From Candidatus Micrarchaeota archaeon (GTDB taxonomy: Archaea > Micrarchaeota > Micrarchaeia > Anstonellales > Bilamarchaeaceae), in the NCBI GenBank assembly GCA_023129075.1, contig JAGMCT010000013.1, positions 42,538 to 106,537 on the forward strand: a DNA stretch of 64,000 nucleotides, given 5' to 3'. The translations under genes and the position numbers were made by a program. Shown piece after piece: positions 32,145 to 42,130 of the stretch. The notes beneath the pieces were generated by a model. That model was not told the DNA's origin. It was given only the letters and a program-made list of their open reading frames with translations, and did not search any database. Within the stretch, counting starts at the first letter, position 1. Each line of letters starts with the position of its first letter.

Positions 32145-34172
32145 CTATTTAGTAAAGAGCGGGGATTTTTTAAGGGTTTGCAGTCCTTGTTTTACGCTCC
32201 CTGAAATCCTAGCTTTTTCAAACTCGCCCCAAATTCTTTTATTAACGTTATAGATTCTTTCTGCAGAGTTTGAGTCAATATTAAGGTTTGTTAATTTTTT
32301 TATCTGCTCTGCCTTTGGAACTTTTAGGAATTTTCTTGAGAAAAGAACGTCTATTAGTTTTGCTTTATTCTTATTTGTGATTGCTTTGACGGATTTAAGT
32401 GAAAATATCTTGTTCAGGAGGCCTTTTGATTCTGCGAATATTACTGCCCTTCCACCTCTGAGGGTAAAGAGCCTGTAAGGAACGGTTACTCCCTTGAGCA
32501 GACCTCCAAATGCCAGAAAATCTCTTTGCATGCCTAAGAAATGAGAGCCGAATACATCTAGGAACTGGGTGTAATCATTTGTTTTTAAGGATATTTTCAA
32601 TTCTGGAGCTGAAACCGCTCCAATTCCTGCAAAAAATGCAGACCAGGCAAGAACATTTTTTGGGGCGAGTTCTGCTATTTGGGTTGTTTTTACAGGAATC
32701 ACCATTAATTTCATCTTTGAAAGGAGCGGGCGGAATGTGCGGGCAGAACCCATGAAAATAAGGCCGGTATCAATCGCTGCCTCTCCTATGTTTCCTTTTT
32801 TTACATCTTCATGCAAGGAAAAGGAAGCACCTCCTATCGTGGCCAGGCCGGCAGCCTTTCCAACAGAACCCGAAGCACCCATTCCAAATGCAGCCAGAAC
32901 AGTGCCCTGTTTTATCTGCTCAAAAGCCTTTTGCTTTTCTTCTTCCGTGCCTGCAAAAACCAAATCATCAATGCCGTTTACAAGAACAATTGAACCTGCA
33001 GAAGCAACAATCAGTGAGCCTGCTCCAAATCCTGTTTTTGCACCTGCAGCAGTGCCTCCGGGAGCAGGGCTGAGGAAACCTACGATTGCACCTGTTGTTG
33101 TTGTTCCTGCAAGGACAACAAGTGAATACCTATTTGCATACTTTCCTGTGCGGAGTGCAAATCTCTTTAGCATCTTCGGCTCTTTTGCTATCTTCTGGTC
33201 TATTTTCAATTCATAAACCTTGTTGTGAATTTCATTTATGAAAGAGCCTGAAGAATTCAGGAATTCTATTGTATCATCCATAGTGGAGAGATTGACTGCC
33301 TTCTTTCGTAGGGAAGAATCTTCCTTTGAAATAAATCCTTTGAGTTTTCCCTGTGAAATAAATTTGGAATAAAAAACAAGTGAGGAAACAACGTCATTTG
33401 CGACCTGCTGTCTTTCATTTTTGGGCAGTGTAAAAAGGAATTCCTTATTCCTGAATACAAGGAGGATAGAATCAAGTGCATCTCCTGATGCCAGTATGGA
33501 ATTCTTGTCTCCTTTTGAAAAAGCATTCTCAAGCATGGTGCTGTAAAAAGAAAGGATATTTTTCTTATAATCTGAAAGATTTTCATCCTTCATTGCTTCT
33601 TCTGCAAGATTCAGGTTCAGAATGTGGTTTGAGAAAAGCAGAAAACTGCCTGTGTGTGAAAGTATTTTTAATGAAAAACTCCTGGTTTTGAGTTTTTCAG
33701 GATTTTTGAGCACTGAATCAGTAAAGGAAGAGATGTCAGATTCAAGCAAAGAGAAATAATTGTTATTTTTTATGCTGTTTTTTAGTGAAATCAGGTTTAG
33801 AAGGGCAATGGCATTTGGAGCAAGGGAAGGGTCTTTTTTTATCAGAGTGAGGAGGGATTTTCTTTGCTTCTGGGTAAGAGAAAGGTCTGCAAAGGGATTT
33901 GAGAGAGTAAAAAAATCATCTTTTATGATTAGATTGAGCTGGGGGGTGGATTTTACAACCTGCTCAAGCAGGAGTTGTTTCTGCTTTGTGAGTGGACCAG
34001 AAATAACTGGTCTCTGCCCTGAAAGAAGGGCAATGAATTCAACAGGAAGCTTTTTTTGGAGGAGTGTTTTATCCAACAGTGCAGGGGGTCTTCCTGTTTC
34101 AAGAAAATGAACTAGTACGGCCTCCTGAGGACTTTGGACTCTTTTTGGAATTACCAGGATTTCTTTTGCCAT
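32145..34172 (-). CDS. Hypothetical 675-aa protein with Gly/Ala-rich membrane-inserting region
   Basis: Long ORF with a TATA-like box upstream and a central GxxxG-rich hydrophobic segment. Confidence 0.7.
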   Translation of the reverse strand: MAKEILVIPKRVQSPQEAVLVHFLETGRPPALLDKTLLQKKLPVEFIALLSGQRPVISGPLTKQKQLLLEQVVKSTPQLNLIIKDDFFTLSNPFADLSLTQKQRKSLLTLIKKDPSLAPNAIALLNLISLKNSIKNNNYFSLLESDISSFTDSVLKNPEKLKTRSFSLKILSHTGSFLLFSNHILNLNLAEEAMKDENLSDYKKNILSFYSTMLENAFSKGDKNSILASGDALDSILLVFRNKEFLFTLPKNERQQVANDVVSSLVFYSKFISQGKLKGFISKEDSSLRKKAVNLSTMDDTIEFLNSSGSFINEIHNKVYELKIDQKIAKEPKMLKRFALRTGKYANRYSLVVLAGTTTTGAIVGFLSPAPGGTAAGAKTGFGAGSLIVASAGSIVLVNGIDDLVFAGTEEEKQKAFEQIKQGTVLAAFGMGASGSVGKAAGLATIGGASFSLHEDVKKGNIGEAAIDTGLIFMGSARTFRPLLSKMKLMVIPVKTTQIAELAPKNVLAWSAFFAGIGAVSAPELKISLKTNDYTQFLDVFGSHFLGMQRDFLAFGGLLKGVTVPYRLFTLRGGRAVIFAESKGLLNKIFSLKSVKAITNKNKAKLIDVLFSRKFLKVPKAEQIKKLTNLNIDSNSAERIYNVNKRIWGEFEKARISGSVKQGLQTLKKSPLFTK

Positions 34173-34208
34173 AGTATATAATAGGGGCGAGGAAGTTTAA
34201 AAATGTTG

Positions 34209-35072
34209 CTAAAACGAGAAATAAGCAAAGGTAAGAGAAAGAAGACCGAGAACTAAAGAAACCAGGGTTATTATCCTGATATAGGAATAATCTTTTTTGG
34301 TTTTGAGAAAAAAGAGTTTTGCACATGAAACAACAAGAAGAGCAAAAGAAAAGAGGAAAAGAGGAAAAGAGATAACAGAAAATTTCAAACACTGAAACAG
34401 GAAAATTAAGGATATCATACTAATTAAAACAAAAAATAAAACAACTATTGAAGAGTTCTTTTTTCCAATTAGAATTGGCAGGGTGTTTGAATCCCTTGCT
34501 TTTTTGTCACCTTCCATGTCCTCAATAGATTTTATAATTTCCCTGGCAGTTCCTATATTCAATGCAATAATAAACAGTAAAAAATTAATTTCGGAAATAG
34601 AAAAAGAAGATAGGATGTTCCCGTAAATAAAGGGAATTGCCATTGAAAATCCGATATATATATTTCCAATAAGAGGCAGGTCCTTTAACTTGTAGTTATA
34701 TGCAGCTGAAAAGACATTAAAGAAAAGAATAATAAAAAAAGGAATCCAGCCTAAGAAAAAAGAAAGAAGGGTGGATATAAAAAAACAAAAAATTGAGAAA
34801 TTGTATGCAAAAGAGGGAGATAATTCGCCGGTTACCAAAGGGCGGTTCTTTTTATTTATTTTATCTGTTTTAATGTCCAAATAATCGTTTAAGGAGAATG
34901 CTGCCATCTCTGAGAAAACAGGTGCAAGAATACCAATAAGCAGGATATAAAGAGGTGGAAAAGAACCTGAAAAAAGAACACCCAATAAAACTGCCAATGC
35001 TATCATTATTGCATGGTAAAATCTTGTTAATCTAAATATTGAAGAAATCATATTAATTCCATCAGAAATCAT
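34209..35072 (-). CDS. UbiA-family prenyltransferase, probably DGGGP synthase
   Basis: NDYLDIKTDKINKKNRPL, YNYKLK and REIIKSIEDMEGD. The start is likely 35072 or 35051. Confidence 0.85.
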   Translation of the reverse strand: MISDGINMISSIFRLTRFYHAIMIALAVLLGVLFSGSFPPLYILLIGILAPVFSEMAAFSLNDYLDIKTDKINKKNRPLVTGELSPSFAYNFSIFCFFISTLLSFFLGWIPFFIILFFNVFSAAYNYKLKDLPLIGNIYIGFSMAIPFIYGNILSSFSISEINFLLFIIALNIGTAREIIKSIEDMEGDKKARDSNTLPILIGKKNSSIVVLFFVLISMISLIFLFQCLKFSVISFPLFLFSFALLVVSCAKLFFLKTKKDYSYIRIITLVSLVLGLLSLTFAYFSF

Positions 35073-35905
35073 ATTAACCCCACCAGGAATCCTATTAATC
35101 CCATTATGAGCATGGAAAAGACTATGGGAGGGAGTGCAGGCAGGATGGAGCGGGTTTTCCATGCATAAACCATTACAGAAAGCGCTCCTATAACCGCGCC
35201 TATGAAAAGAAGAAATGAAAGCATTGGGGCTATTTGAAACGCTGAAACCTCAAGCATAATCGGAAGTGCAAGGTCTCCTGTGCCCAAGTCCATTCTTCGC
35301 TCTTTTCCTTCAGGGGATATCTCTACAGCATCAACAGTAAAGGAAAGGTTTCTTGAGATAATCTGTTTTGCAAATGTTATCATATGCTTTGTCTTGAAAA
35401 CAGCGATAAAATCATATATTGAAAGCAGGAGGAGAAGAATGACTGCTGGAAAAAAACCTATTGAGAAACCGAATACTGCTCCTGCTCCTGCAGAAGCAAC
35501 GACAGCGCATATGTTTTTCATGGAAGGGTGAAAATGTTTTGAAAGTGCAAAAAGGACTGCAATAGAAACTGCAAAAAGGATTGCCATTATTGTTGGAAGA
35601 AAAAACAGGACCTTTAGAAAAACATAGAATATTATAGAAGAAGTAGTAGATATCACAGCAAATTCAAGAATATCAAAAAGGATTGAACTGCCTAATTTTA
35701 TTATAAGAAACATAAGGCCGATTCCAAGGGCAAGGTAAAGGATGAAGAAGAGAAAGGAGCTTATTCCTGTTTGTTTGACTGTGAAATAATCAGCAAATTC
35801 ATTGCTTTGGATATCTGAGATAAGGAAAACACCTGCATATATACCAAGAACCTGGGCTGCAAGAAAAAAGAAAACGATTTTGAGCAGGAGATTCAGTAAA
35901 ATCAC
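35069..35905 (-). CDS. Presenilin/SPP-like intramembrane aspartyl protease
   Basis: SIYDFIAV...HM, LGTGD and PALP motifs; multiple TM helices. Confidence 0.88.
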   Translation of the reverse strand: MILLNLLLKIVFFFLAAQVLGIYAGVFLISDIQSNEFADYFTVKQTGISSFLFFILYLALGIGLMFLIIKLGSSILFDILEFAVISTTSSIIFYVFLKVLFFLPTIMAILFAVSIAVLFALSKHFHPSMKNICAVVASAGAGAVFGFSIGFFPAVILLLLLSIYDFIAVFKTKHMITFAKQIISRNLSFTVDAVEISPEGKERRMDLGTGDLALPIMLEVSAFQIAPMLSFLLFIGAVIGALSVMVYAWKTRSILPALPPIVFSMLIMGLIGFLVGLI

Positions 35906-37950
35906 CCTTTGTCAACTGGTTTTACCCAATCATGCTCTACTTCATAAATATCTCCTTTCCTTTGGAGTTCCTTTATGATTCTTGAGGCAGTTGGGGTGTC
36001 TATTCCATGCTCCTTAGCAACTGCAATAACCTCTTTTATTTCTACTGCATCGTATTCTCTTGTTTTCTCCTTTATGATGTCCATTATTGTTTCATATTTC
36101 TGCACCTGGGAGCGCGATTTTCCGACTGAAATTATATCAGAATCAAGAACACCTGTTTCCGGGTCAATCATCAACTTTGACATACTGTATTTAAGGAGGG
36201 TTATTGCTACTTCTGCGTCCTTTCCTTCAACAATATTACTTAAATTCATCTTTGCACTTGCCTCTGCCATTCTTACAAGACCTTCAAGGTAACGCGGGGT
36301 AATTGGAACCGAACCTGAGTGCTGACCCTGCACTCTCAAATCAACATAGAATTCCTTTATCTTATCCTTTGCCTCATCGCTTAGAATAGGTTTAACGCTC
36401 CTTCTTGCATAAGCTATATATTTTCTTAAAAGGTCTTTATCAATTGTAAACCCATCTTCTTCAAACGTTTCTGCAGAAAGGCCTTCTTTGTGCGATTTCA
36501 GGATATATTCTGCCAGTTTTGCATCCTTTTCTTCATCAAGAACATCCACAATCGGGAAGAGTAAATCAAATCTTGAGAGCAAAGAAGGAGGAATATCAAA
36601 CTGGTCTGCTAGATTCTTCTTTTGGTTGAAACGGCCGTGCTTTGGATTAGCTGCTGCAACTATTGCTGTTTTGGCCCTGAATTTAGCTACTATTCCTGCC
36701 TTTGCAAGAGAAACACTGCTTGATTCCATAACCTCGTGCAGAGCTGCCCTGTCTTCATCACGTATCTTATCAAACTCATCCAGGGAAACAATTCCACCTG
36801 AAGCAATTACAAGAGCGCCTGCTTTCAAGGTCCAGCCCCCCTCCCCCATCTCATCGCGCTCTGCAGATGCAGTAAGACCTGCAGCTGAAACGCTCTTACC
36901 GCTTATATAGATGCTTTTGGGAGCTATAGCAGCAATTGATTGCAAAAATCTGGATTTTGCAATTCCTGGGTCGCCTATTAAAAGCAGGTGGATATCATCC
37001 CTTATTGGTGCTCCACCTTTAAGCATCTTGCCTCTTGTGCCTCCAAACAACTGGAGGGCTAATGCATGTTTTACTTCGGTGTAACCATAAATAGCAGGGG
37101 CAACAGATGAGATTATTTTCTTTTCTACATCCGGGTCTTTTGCAAGCTCCTTTATTCTTCTTATGTCCTCTTTGGTTAAATCTATCTCTTCAAAATCCTT
37201 TTTTATGCTCTTTAGATGAATGACCTCAGCATACCTTCCGTAAATAAGGTCTTTTTTCTGCTGAAGGCGGAGAGGTTCCTTTAATCTCAGGATACCTACT
37301 ACCTCTATGTTTTCTCCTGGAACTATTCTGTTGACAAGGTCTTCTTCAAGCCAGAGCTCTATCTTTGATGCAGGAGAACCTCCTTTCACCCTCTCAAGCA
37401 TCTCCTGAACCTCAGCTTTCTGGACATCTACATACCTTGATTTGCTCTCTACCGGCACCAGAGCAAATTTCTTGCAGGATTCACATTTTCTCGGAGGTTT
37501 AAAATCTCTTTTCACAATAAAACGGTAGGTTTGTTCACAGGCCTCGCAGACATATTCTGCAATCTTAACCCTGTGCATAATATCGGTCCTTTTTGTGACA
37601 ACACCTTTAAATGAAACAAGCTGGCCAAGAGATGTTGAGCTCAATTCCTCAATCAAGGTGTCTGAACCTGGAACATTGTAAAATCTTATCTCTGGGGAAA
37701 AGAGGCCTGCTCCTTTTGGGATGGATATATTCATTTCAGTAATTGAATTTTTTGCAGCCTCAAGGGTTGTTTCGGGCTCTTCTATCAAGACATCTGCAAG
37801 CTCGGGATTATATGCTGAGAGAATATTGTAATCAACCTTAAGGGATCTTCTGGAGGGGTAAACCAATGAGAGCTCATCTATCTTTTCTTTATAGTAATTT
37901 CTAAAGAACTCCTGAAACAGCGAGATGAGAGAAGATAGGTCTTTTTCCAT
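35902..37950 (-). CDS. mcm: MCM replicative helicase
   Basis: CEAC..CESC zinc finger, GDPGIAKS, DEFDK, AAANP and SRFD; no intein. Confidence 0.97.
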   Translation of the reverse strand: MEKDLSSLISLFQEFFRNYYKEKIDELSLVYPSRRSLKVDYNILSAYNPELADVLIEEPETTLEAAKNSITEMNISIPKGAGLFSPEIRFYNVPGSDTLIEELSSTSLGQLVSFKGVVTKRTDIMHRVKIAEYVCEACEQTYRFIVKRDFKPPRKCESCKKFALVPVESKSRYVDVQKAEVQEMLERVKGGSPASKIELWLEEDLVNRIVPGENIEVVGILRLKEPLRLQQKKDLIYGRYAEVIHLKSIKKDFEEIDLTKEDIRRIKELAKDPDVEKKIISSVAPAIYGYTEVKHALALQLFGGTRGKMLKGGAPIRDDIHLLLIGDPGIAKSRFLQSIAAIAPKSIYISGKSVSAAGLTASAERDEMGEGGWTLKAGALVIASGGIVSLDEFDKIRDEDRAALHEVMESSSVSLAKAGIVAKFRAKTAIVAAANPKHGRFNQKKNLADQFDIPPSLLSRFDLLFPIVDVLDEEKDAKLAEYILKSHKEGLSAETFEEDGFTIDKDLLRKYIAYARRSVKPILSDEAKDKIKEFYVDLRVQGQHSGSVPITPRYLEGLVRMAEASAKMNLSNIVEGKDAEVAITLLKYSMSKLMIDPETGVLDSDIISVGKSRSQVQKYETIMDIIKEKTREYDAVEIKEVIAVAKEHGIDTPTASRIIKELQRKGDIYEVEHDWVKPVDKG

Positions 37951-38022
37951 GTTCCCACATTTAAGATTTGAAGAAAGGGAATTAAATGGGAGGCAAGAGT
38001 TTAAAAAAATAGATGATTGGGT

Positions 38023-38037
38023 GTAACCATAGTTACA
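38023..38037. repeat. Palindromic 15-mer GTAACCATAGTTACA, copy 1
   Basis: An identical copy lies at 39000-39014; GTAAC-cata-GTTAC dyad. Confidence 0.8.
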
Positions 38038-38042
38038 TTATC

Positions 38043-38951
38043 CTACTTAATTTTCATCAATCTGGCATTTCTAATCGGCTTCTGAGGTATCCTTAGGCTG
38101 CCTTTTTTTAAGAGTATATTGTCATTTTGTTCTGAAAGCCATTTCCTGTACAGTTTCAAAGCAACCTCTTTTGCTCCTGGGCCTTTTATTCTTCTTAGGA
38201 ATCCCATCAAGGTTTCTTTGCTTGTGTTCTTATCAATATTTTTTTCTATGACTCGGCCGAGGGCGCGAACAGCATTCTTTTTTACATCCTCACCGCTCTT
38301 TTCCAGTTTACTGAATAAGGGCTCTATCGCATCAGGATTTCCAAACCCGGCCAGGGACCATATTACTGCTACCTGCACTTCCATATCCTCATCATCAAGC
38401 ATTCCCAACACATCTGGAAACGCAATTGCATCTCTTCTTCGACTTAACGACCTTAAGGCATTCTTTCTTACCCCTGCACTCTCATCCTTTAGTGCTTCTA
38501 TCAGGGGTTCTGTTGCTTCCGGGTTTTCGGCATTTATCAGTTTCCCAGCAGCAATCTCTCTCCTACCAGGGTCCTCGTCTTTCAGTTCTTTGAATAGATC
38601 GTTGAGTTCTTTTTCATCAAAAAACCTTGGCTTTCTCATGTAACCCATAGTTCTGAGGGCGGAAATCGTATGGAGGGTGTTGGGAGTGTAAAGAATACGG
38701 GGGGGAACAGCATGACAAACAACAGGAGTTTTTGGCATGGGCATCTGTCTTGGAGCAGGTTTTTCCAGGGATTCTGGAAGAAACCCTATATCCTGCTTCT
38801 GTGCCCTGGACAATTGAGTCATTGCAAAGGAATTGAAAATCTCGTGGCCGACGATAAAGAAAACAGAGAGAGAAATGTTTCTTATAAATCTGCTTAAACC
38901 GGCAGTAATGGTTCGGAATAACGGCTCTTTTGGTTCTGCTTTTATTTCCAT
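38043..38951 (-). CDS. HEAT (PBS-lyase-like) repeat protein with basic C-terminal tail
   Basis: LKDEDPGRREIAA, EPLIEALKDESAGVRKNA, LDDEDMEVQVAV and EDVKKNAVRALG. Confidence 0.85.
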   Translation of the reverse strand: MEIKAEPKEPLFRTITAGLSRFIRNISLSVFFIVGHEIFNSFAMTQLSRAQKQDIGFLPESLEKPAPRQMPMPKTPVVCHAVPPRILYTPNTLHTISALRTMGYMRKPRFFDEKELNDLFKELKDEDPGRREIAAGKLINAENPEATEPLIEALKDESAGVRKNALRSLSRRRDAIAFPDVLGMLDDEDMEVQVAVIWSLAGFGNPDAIEPLFSKLEKSGEDVKKNAVRALGRVIEKNIDKNTSKETLMGFLRRIKGPGAKEVALKLYRKWLSEQNDNILLKKGSLRIPQKPIRNARLMKIK

Positions 38952-38999
38952 ATGCTTATATTTATGAACACAAAAGTATTTAAACCTAACGAATCAAAC

Positions 39000-39014
39000 G
39001 TAACCATAGTTACA
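39000..39014. repeat. Palindromic 15-mer GTAACCATAGTTACA, copy 2
   Basis: Identical to 38023-38037. Confidence 0.8.
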
Positions 39015-39059
39015 CGAACCGCGCAAAACATTTATAAACATCAGGAAAGAAGCCGGATT

Positions 39060-39608
39060 ATGACCCCCCCTCTTACAGAAAAGGATTTTCTCAAAGAGAT
39101 GCTCTCTATTTTTAGAAAAAGAAACCAGAAAAAAATGAGAAAACTCAACGATAAAATACTAAGGCAGGCCGTCATCTCCTTTTCAAAGGAATTCTATGAA
39201 CTAGCAATAATCTGTTATGTACTCGCAAAAATCCTTTCAAAACCAAGATATACGAATCTAATGCATAAACCAATCCTTTTGGAAATAGAAAAAAAACTTG
39301 AAAATGCATCAAAAAAACCAAAGAAGGAATTAAGAAAAGAATTTCAATCTCTGAAAAAAACCATAACCTCCCTTGATCAGAAAGACTCCAGATATGTAAC
39401 AGGTTTGATTACAAAGGGAAGAATAAAAACAGCTGCAATCCTTTATGCACAAGGTCTTTCTCTTGGAATCGCAGCAGAAACCGCAGGAATAGACAAACAG
39501 GAAATAATGGCGTATGCAGGAATAACAAGGATGTTTGACCGCTTAAAGGAAAAAAAAGACCTTAAACAGAGGCTCAAGGAATTAAAGGGAGTGATGGAAA
39601 ATGACTGA
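39060..39608 (+). CDS. Helical hypothetical protein with C-terminal HTH-like segment
   Basis: ATG at 39060 about 25 nt after TTTATAAA; LYAQGLSLGIAAETAGI. Confidence 0.7.
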   Translation: MTPPLTEKDFLKEMLSIFRKRNQKKMRKLNDKILRQAVISFSKEFYELAIICYVLAKILSKPRYTNLMHKPILLEIEKKLENASKKPKKELRKEFQSLKKTITSLDQKDSRYVTGLITKGRIKTAAILYAQGLSLGIAAETAGIDKQEIMAYAGITRMFDRLKEKKDLKQRLKELKGVMEND

Positions 39609-40272
39609 TTTCATATGCGATTCCAGTTCACTTATCTCTTTTACTGATTCATGTTTGGTAAAGGCCCTTTCATTCCTGAAATCAAAAGGCGCCAGATTCT
39701 TCATTCCTCCCTCAGTACTTTACGAATCTGTAACACATCCCCTTGAGCTGAAAATGCGAGCCTACCGTTTCTCTGCAATAAAACTCAAGGATTACATCAA
39801 CAAAAATCGTATTGAAGTTGTGAAACTAGGGGAAGACAATAAAAGAAAGCAGTTCATGAAGCTCTGCAACGAATTATTTTATGCAAGAGGGAGACCGCTA
39901 AAACTTGTTCATCTTGGGGAAGCTGAAATGATAATGCTTGCAAAGGAAACAGGAGTAAAAAATCTCATGATGGATGAAAGGACAACAAGACTTATAATAG
40001 AAGACCCTATGCTCTTGAAAGAACACCTCCAAAAGGAATTGAGAGTTAATATAATGGCGAATAAAAATAATCTACAAAAGATACATAATATAACCCAGGG
40101 AATGAAAATCTTCAGAAGCACAGAGATACTTGCTTATGCGTATGAAAAGGGTTTCTTCAAAAGCTATGGTGAACTGGAGGGGGATGCTGTTGAATCTGCC
40201 CTTTATAGTTTGAAATATTCCGGATGCAGTATAGGGTTTAACGAGATTGAAGAATATGTGGGAGAAATATGA
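39601..40272 (+). CDS. PIN-domain protein
   Basis: ICDSSSLI, PPSVLYE, HLGEAE and MMDERTTR acidic tetrad. Confidence 0.75.
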   Translation: MTDFICDSSSLISFTDSCLVKALSFLKSKGARFFIPPSVLYESVTHPLELKMRAYRFSAIKLKDYINKNRIEVVKLGEDNKRKQFMKLCNELFYARGRPLKLVHLGEAEMIMLAKETGVKNLMMDERTTRLIIEDPMLLKEHLQKELRVNIMANKNNLQKIHNITQGMKIFRSTEILAYAYEKGFFKSYGELEGDAVESALYSLKYSGCSIGFNEIEEYVGEI

Positions 40273-40901
40273 AACTAAAAATAATAATGGATGCAAGAGA
40301 AGAGCCATTGATAAAAGAATTGCTTGAAATGCAGGGGGCAGAGGTTCAAAATAAATTAATTCCAACAGGAGACTTTATCTGTTCAGACAGGTCGGTTGTT
40401 GAAAGAAAAACAAGAAGTGATTTTGAAGGCTCAATAATAGACGGCAGATTATTTCAGCAACTGAAAAGATTAAAAGAAGAATATCAGACTCCGATAATAA
40501 TTGTAGAAGGAAAAAGTCCTGAAAGAAGGATAAACAAAAAAGCACTTCTCGGCGCTTATGCTTCCATACTTACTGATTTTAACTGCGGGCTTTTTTTTAC
40601 AAGAAATCTTGAAAGCACTGCAGAGGTTATCTATTCTATAGCCCATCATGAACAGATAGCAGAAAAAAGAGAAGTGCGGATTGCACCTTCAAGAAAAGGA
40701 AGAACTATGAGGGAAAAGCAAAAGGCAATTGTAGAAATGCTTCCTTTGGTCGGACCCAAAATGGCTGAAAAACTCCTAAAGCATTTTGGAAGCATAAAAA
40801 AACTCTTTAATGCAAAGGAAGAAAAACTTCTCAAAATGGACGGAATGGGGAAAATAGGGGCAAAAACAATAAGAAATGTTATTGAGGAGGAATACCAATG
40901 A
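40269..40901 (+). CDS. xpf: Short XPF/ERCC4 structure-specific nuclease
   Basis: DARE, GDFI...VERKT..DF..SIIDGRLF.Q and a C-terminal (HhH)2. Confidence 0.9.
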   Translation: MKLKIIMDAREEPLIKELLEMQGAEVQNKLIPTGDFICSDRSVVERKTRSDFEGSIIDGRLFQQLKRLKEEYQTPIIIVEGKSPERRINKKALLGAYASILTDFNCGLFFTRNLESTAEVIYSIAHHEQIAEKREVRIAPSRKGRTMREKQKAIVEMLPLVGPKMAEKLLKHFGSIKKLFNAKEEKLLKMDGMGKIGAKTIRNVIEEEYQ

Positions 40902-42130
40902 AGATTACTGCAGATTTACATATTCACTCAAAATATTCACGTGCAACCAGCAAGAATTCAGAACCTGATGGTTTGAGTGAATGGGCAAAGATAAAGGGTC
41001 TTGACCTGATTGGAACCGGAGACTTTACCCACCCGCTCTGGCTCAAGGAATTAAAGGAAAAACTTTCTGAAAAAGAAAAAGGAATCTATGAATACAATGG
41101 AATAAATTTCCTTTTAACTACTGAGATAAGCAATATATTCAAGGTTGGAGAAAAAACAAAGAAAATGCATACTGTTCTTTTTGCTCCTTCCTTTGAGGTT
41201 GCTGAACAGATAAATGATGTTTTATCTAAATACGGAAATCTAAAGGAAGATGGAAGGCCGACGCTTTCAATCTCTTCAGCAGAACTCCTTGAGAGGATAA
41301 AAGAAATTGAAAAGGATATTTTCATACTTCTTGCACACATCTGGACTCCATGGTTCTCTGTTTTTGGCTCTAAATCAGGATTTGATTCTCTGGAAGAGGC
41401 ATTTGGAGAAACAAAAAAATATATAGACGGCCTTGAGACCGGATTGAGCAGCGACCCTGCAATGAATTGGATAGTGAGTGAATTGAATGATTACCCTTTG
41501 CTTTCAAACAGCGATGCACACTCTCCTCCGAAATTGGGAAGGGAATTCAATCTGTTTGAGATGGAAAAACTTTCCTATTCCTCGCTTATAAAAACCATAA
41601 AAACAGGAAAAGGATTTTTGAAAACCTATGAATTTTATCCGCAGGAAGGAAAGTATTTCTGGGACGGACACAGGAAATGCAATGTCCAGCTTTCCCCATA
41701 TGATGCAATAAAACTCAAAAATATCTGTCCTGTGTGCAGGAAACCGCTTACTCTGGGTGTTCTGCACAGGATTGTTGAACTCTCTGATAAAAAAGAGGGC
41801 TTTAAACCCAAAAATGCGGTTGATTTTGAATACCACATTCCCCTGCCGTTGCTGATTGCTTCAATAAAAGGAAAGGGAGAGAATACCCAGGGGGTTCAAA
41901 AAATATACTTTGATATGATAAAATACTTTGGAAACGAATTCAAGGCATACAATGCTCCTGAAGAAGAGCTTGGGTTCGTGGTTGATAAAGAAATTGTTAA
42001 TGGAATAAAAAAAGTAAGAGAAGGAAAACTAAAATGGAGCCCTGGTTATGACGGGGTTTTTGGACATCCATTATTAAAAAATGAAGAGGTTCCCTCAGGA
42101 ATAAAACAGAGAACACTTGGAGAATATTAG
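40898..42130 (+). CDS. Endonuclease Q (PHP domain plus zinc ribbon)
   Basis: DLHIHSKYSRATS, GTGDFTHP, ETGLSSD, SNSDAHS, GKY..DGHRKC, CPVC and PGYDGVFG. Confidence 0.92.
   Translation: MKITADLHIHSKYSRATSKNSEPDGLSEWAKIKGLDLIGTGDFTHPLWLKELKEKLSEKEKGIYEYNGINFLLTTEISNIFKVGEKTKKMHTVLFAPSFEVAEQINDVLSKYGNLKEDGRPTLSISSAELLERIKEIEKDIFILLAHIWTPWFSVFGSKSGFDSLEEAFGETKKYIDGLETGLSSDPAMNWIVSELNDYPLLSNSDAHSPPKLGREFNLFEMEKLSYSSLIKTIKTGKGFLKTYEFYPQEGKYFWDGHRKCNVQLSPYDAIKLKNICPVCRKPLTLGVLHRIVELSDKKEGFKPKNAVDFEYHIPLPLLIASIKGKGENTQGVQKIYFDMIKYFGNEFKAYNAPEEELGFVVDKEIVNGIKKVREGKLKWSPGYDGVFGHPLLKNEEVPSGIKQRTLGEY

Noticed and set aside
35043-35077. 14-bp direct repeat AGAAATCATATTAA at the ubiA start
   Set aside because: Best explained as a small local duplication giving two alternative starts; no further structure.
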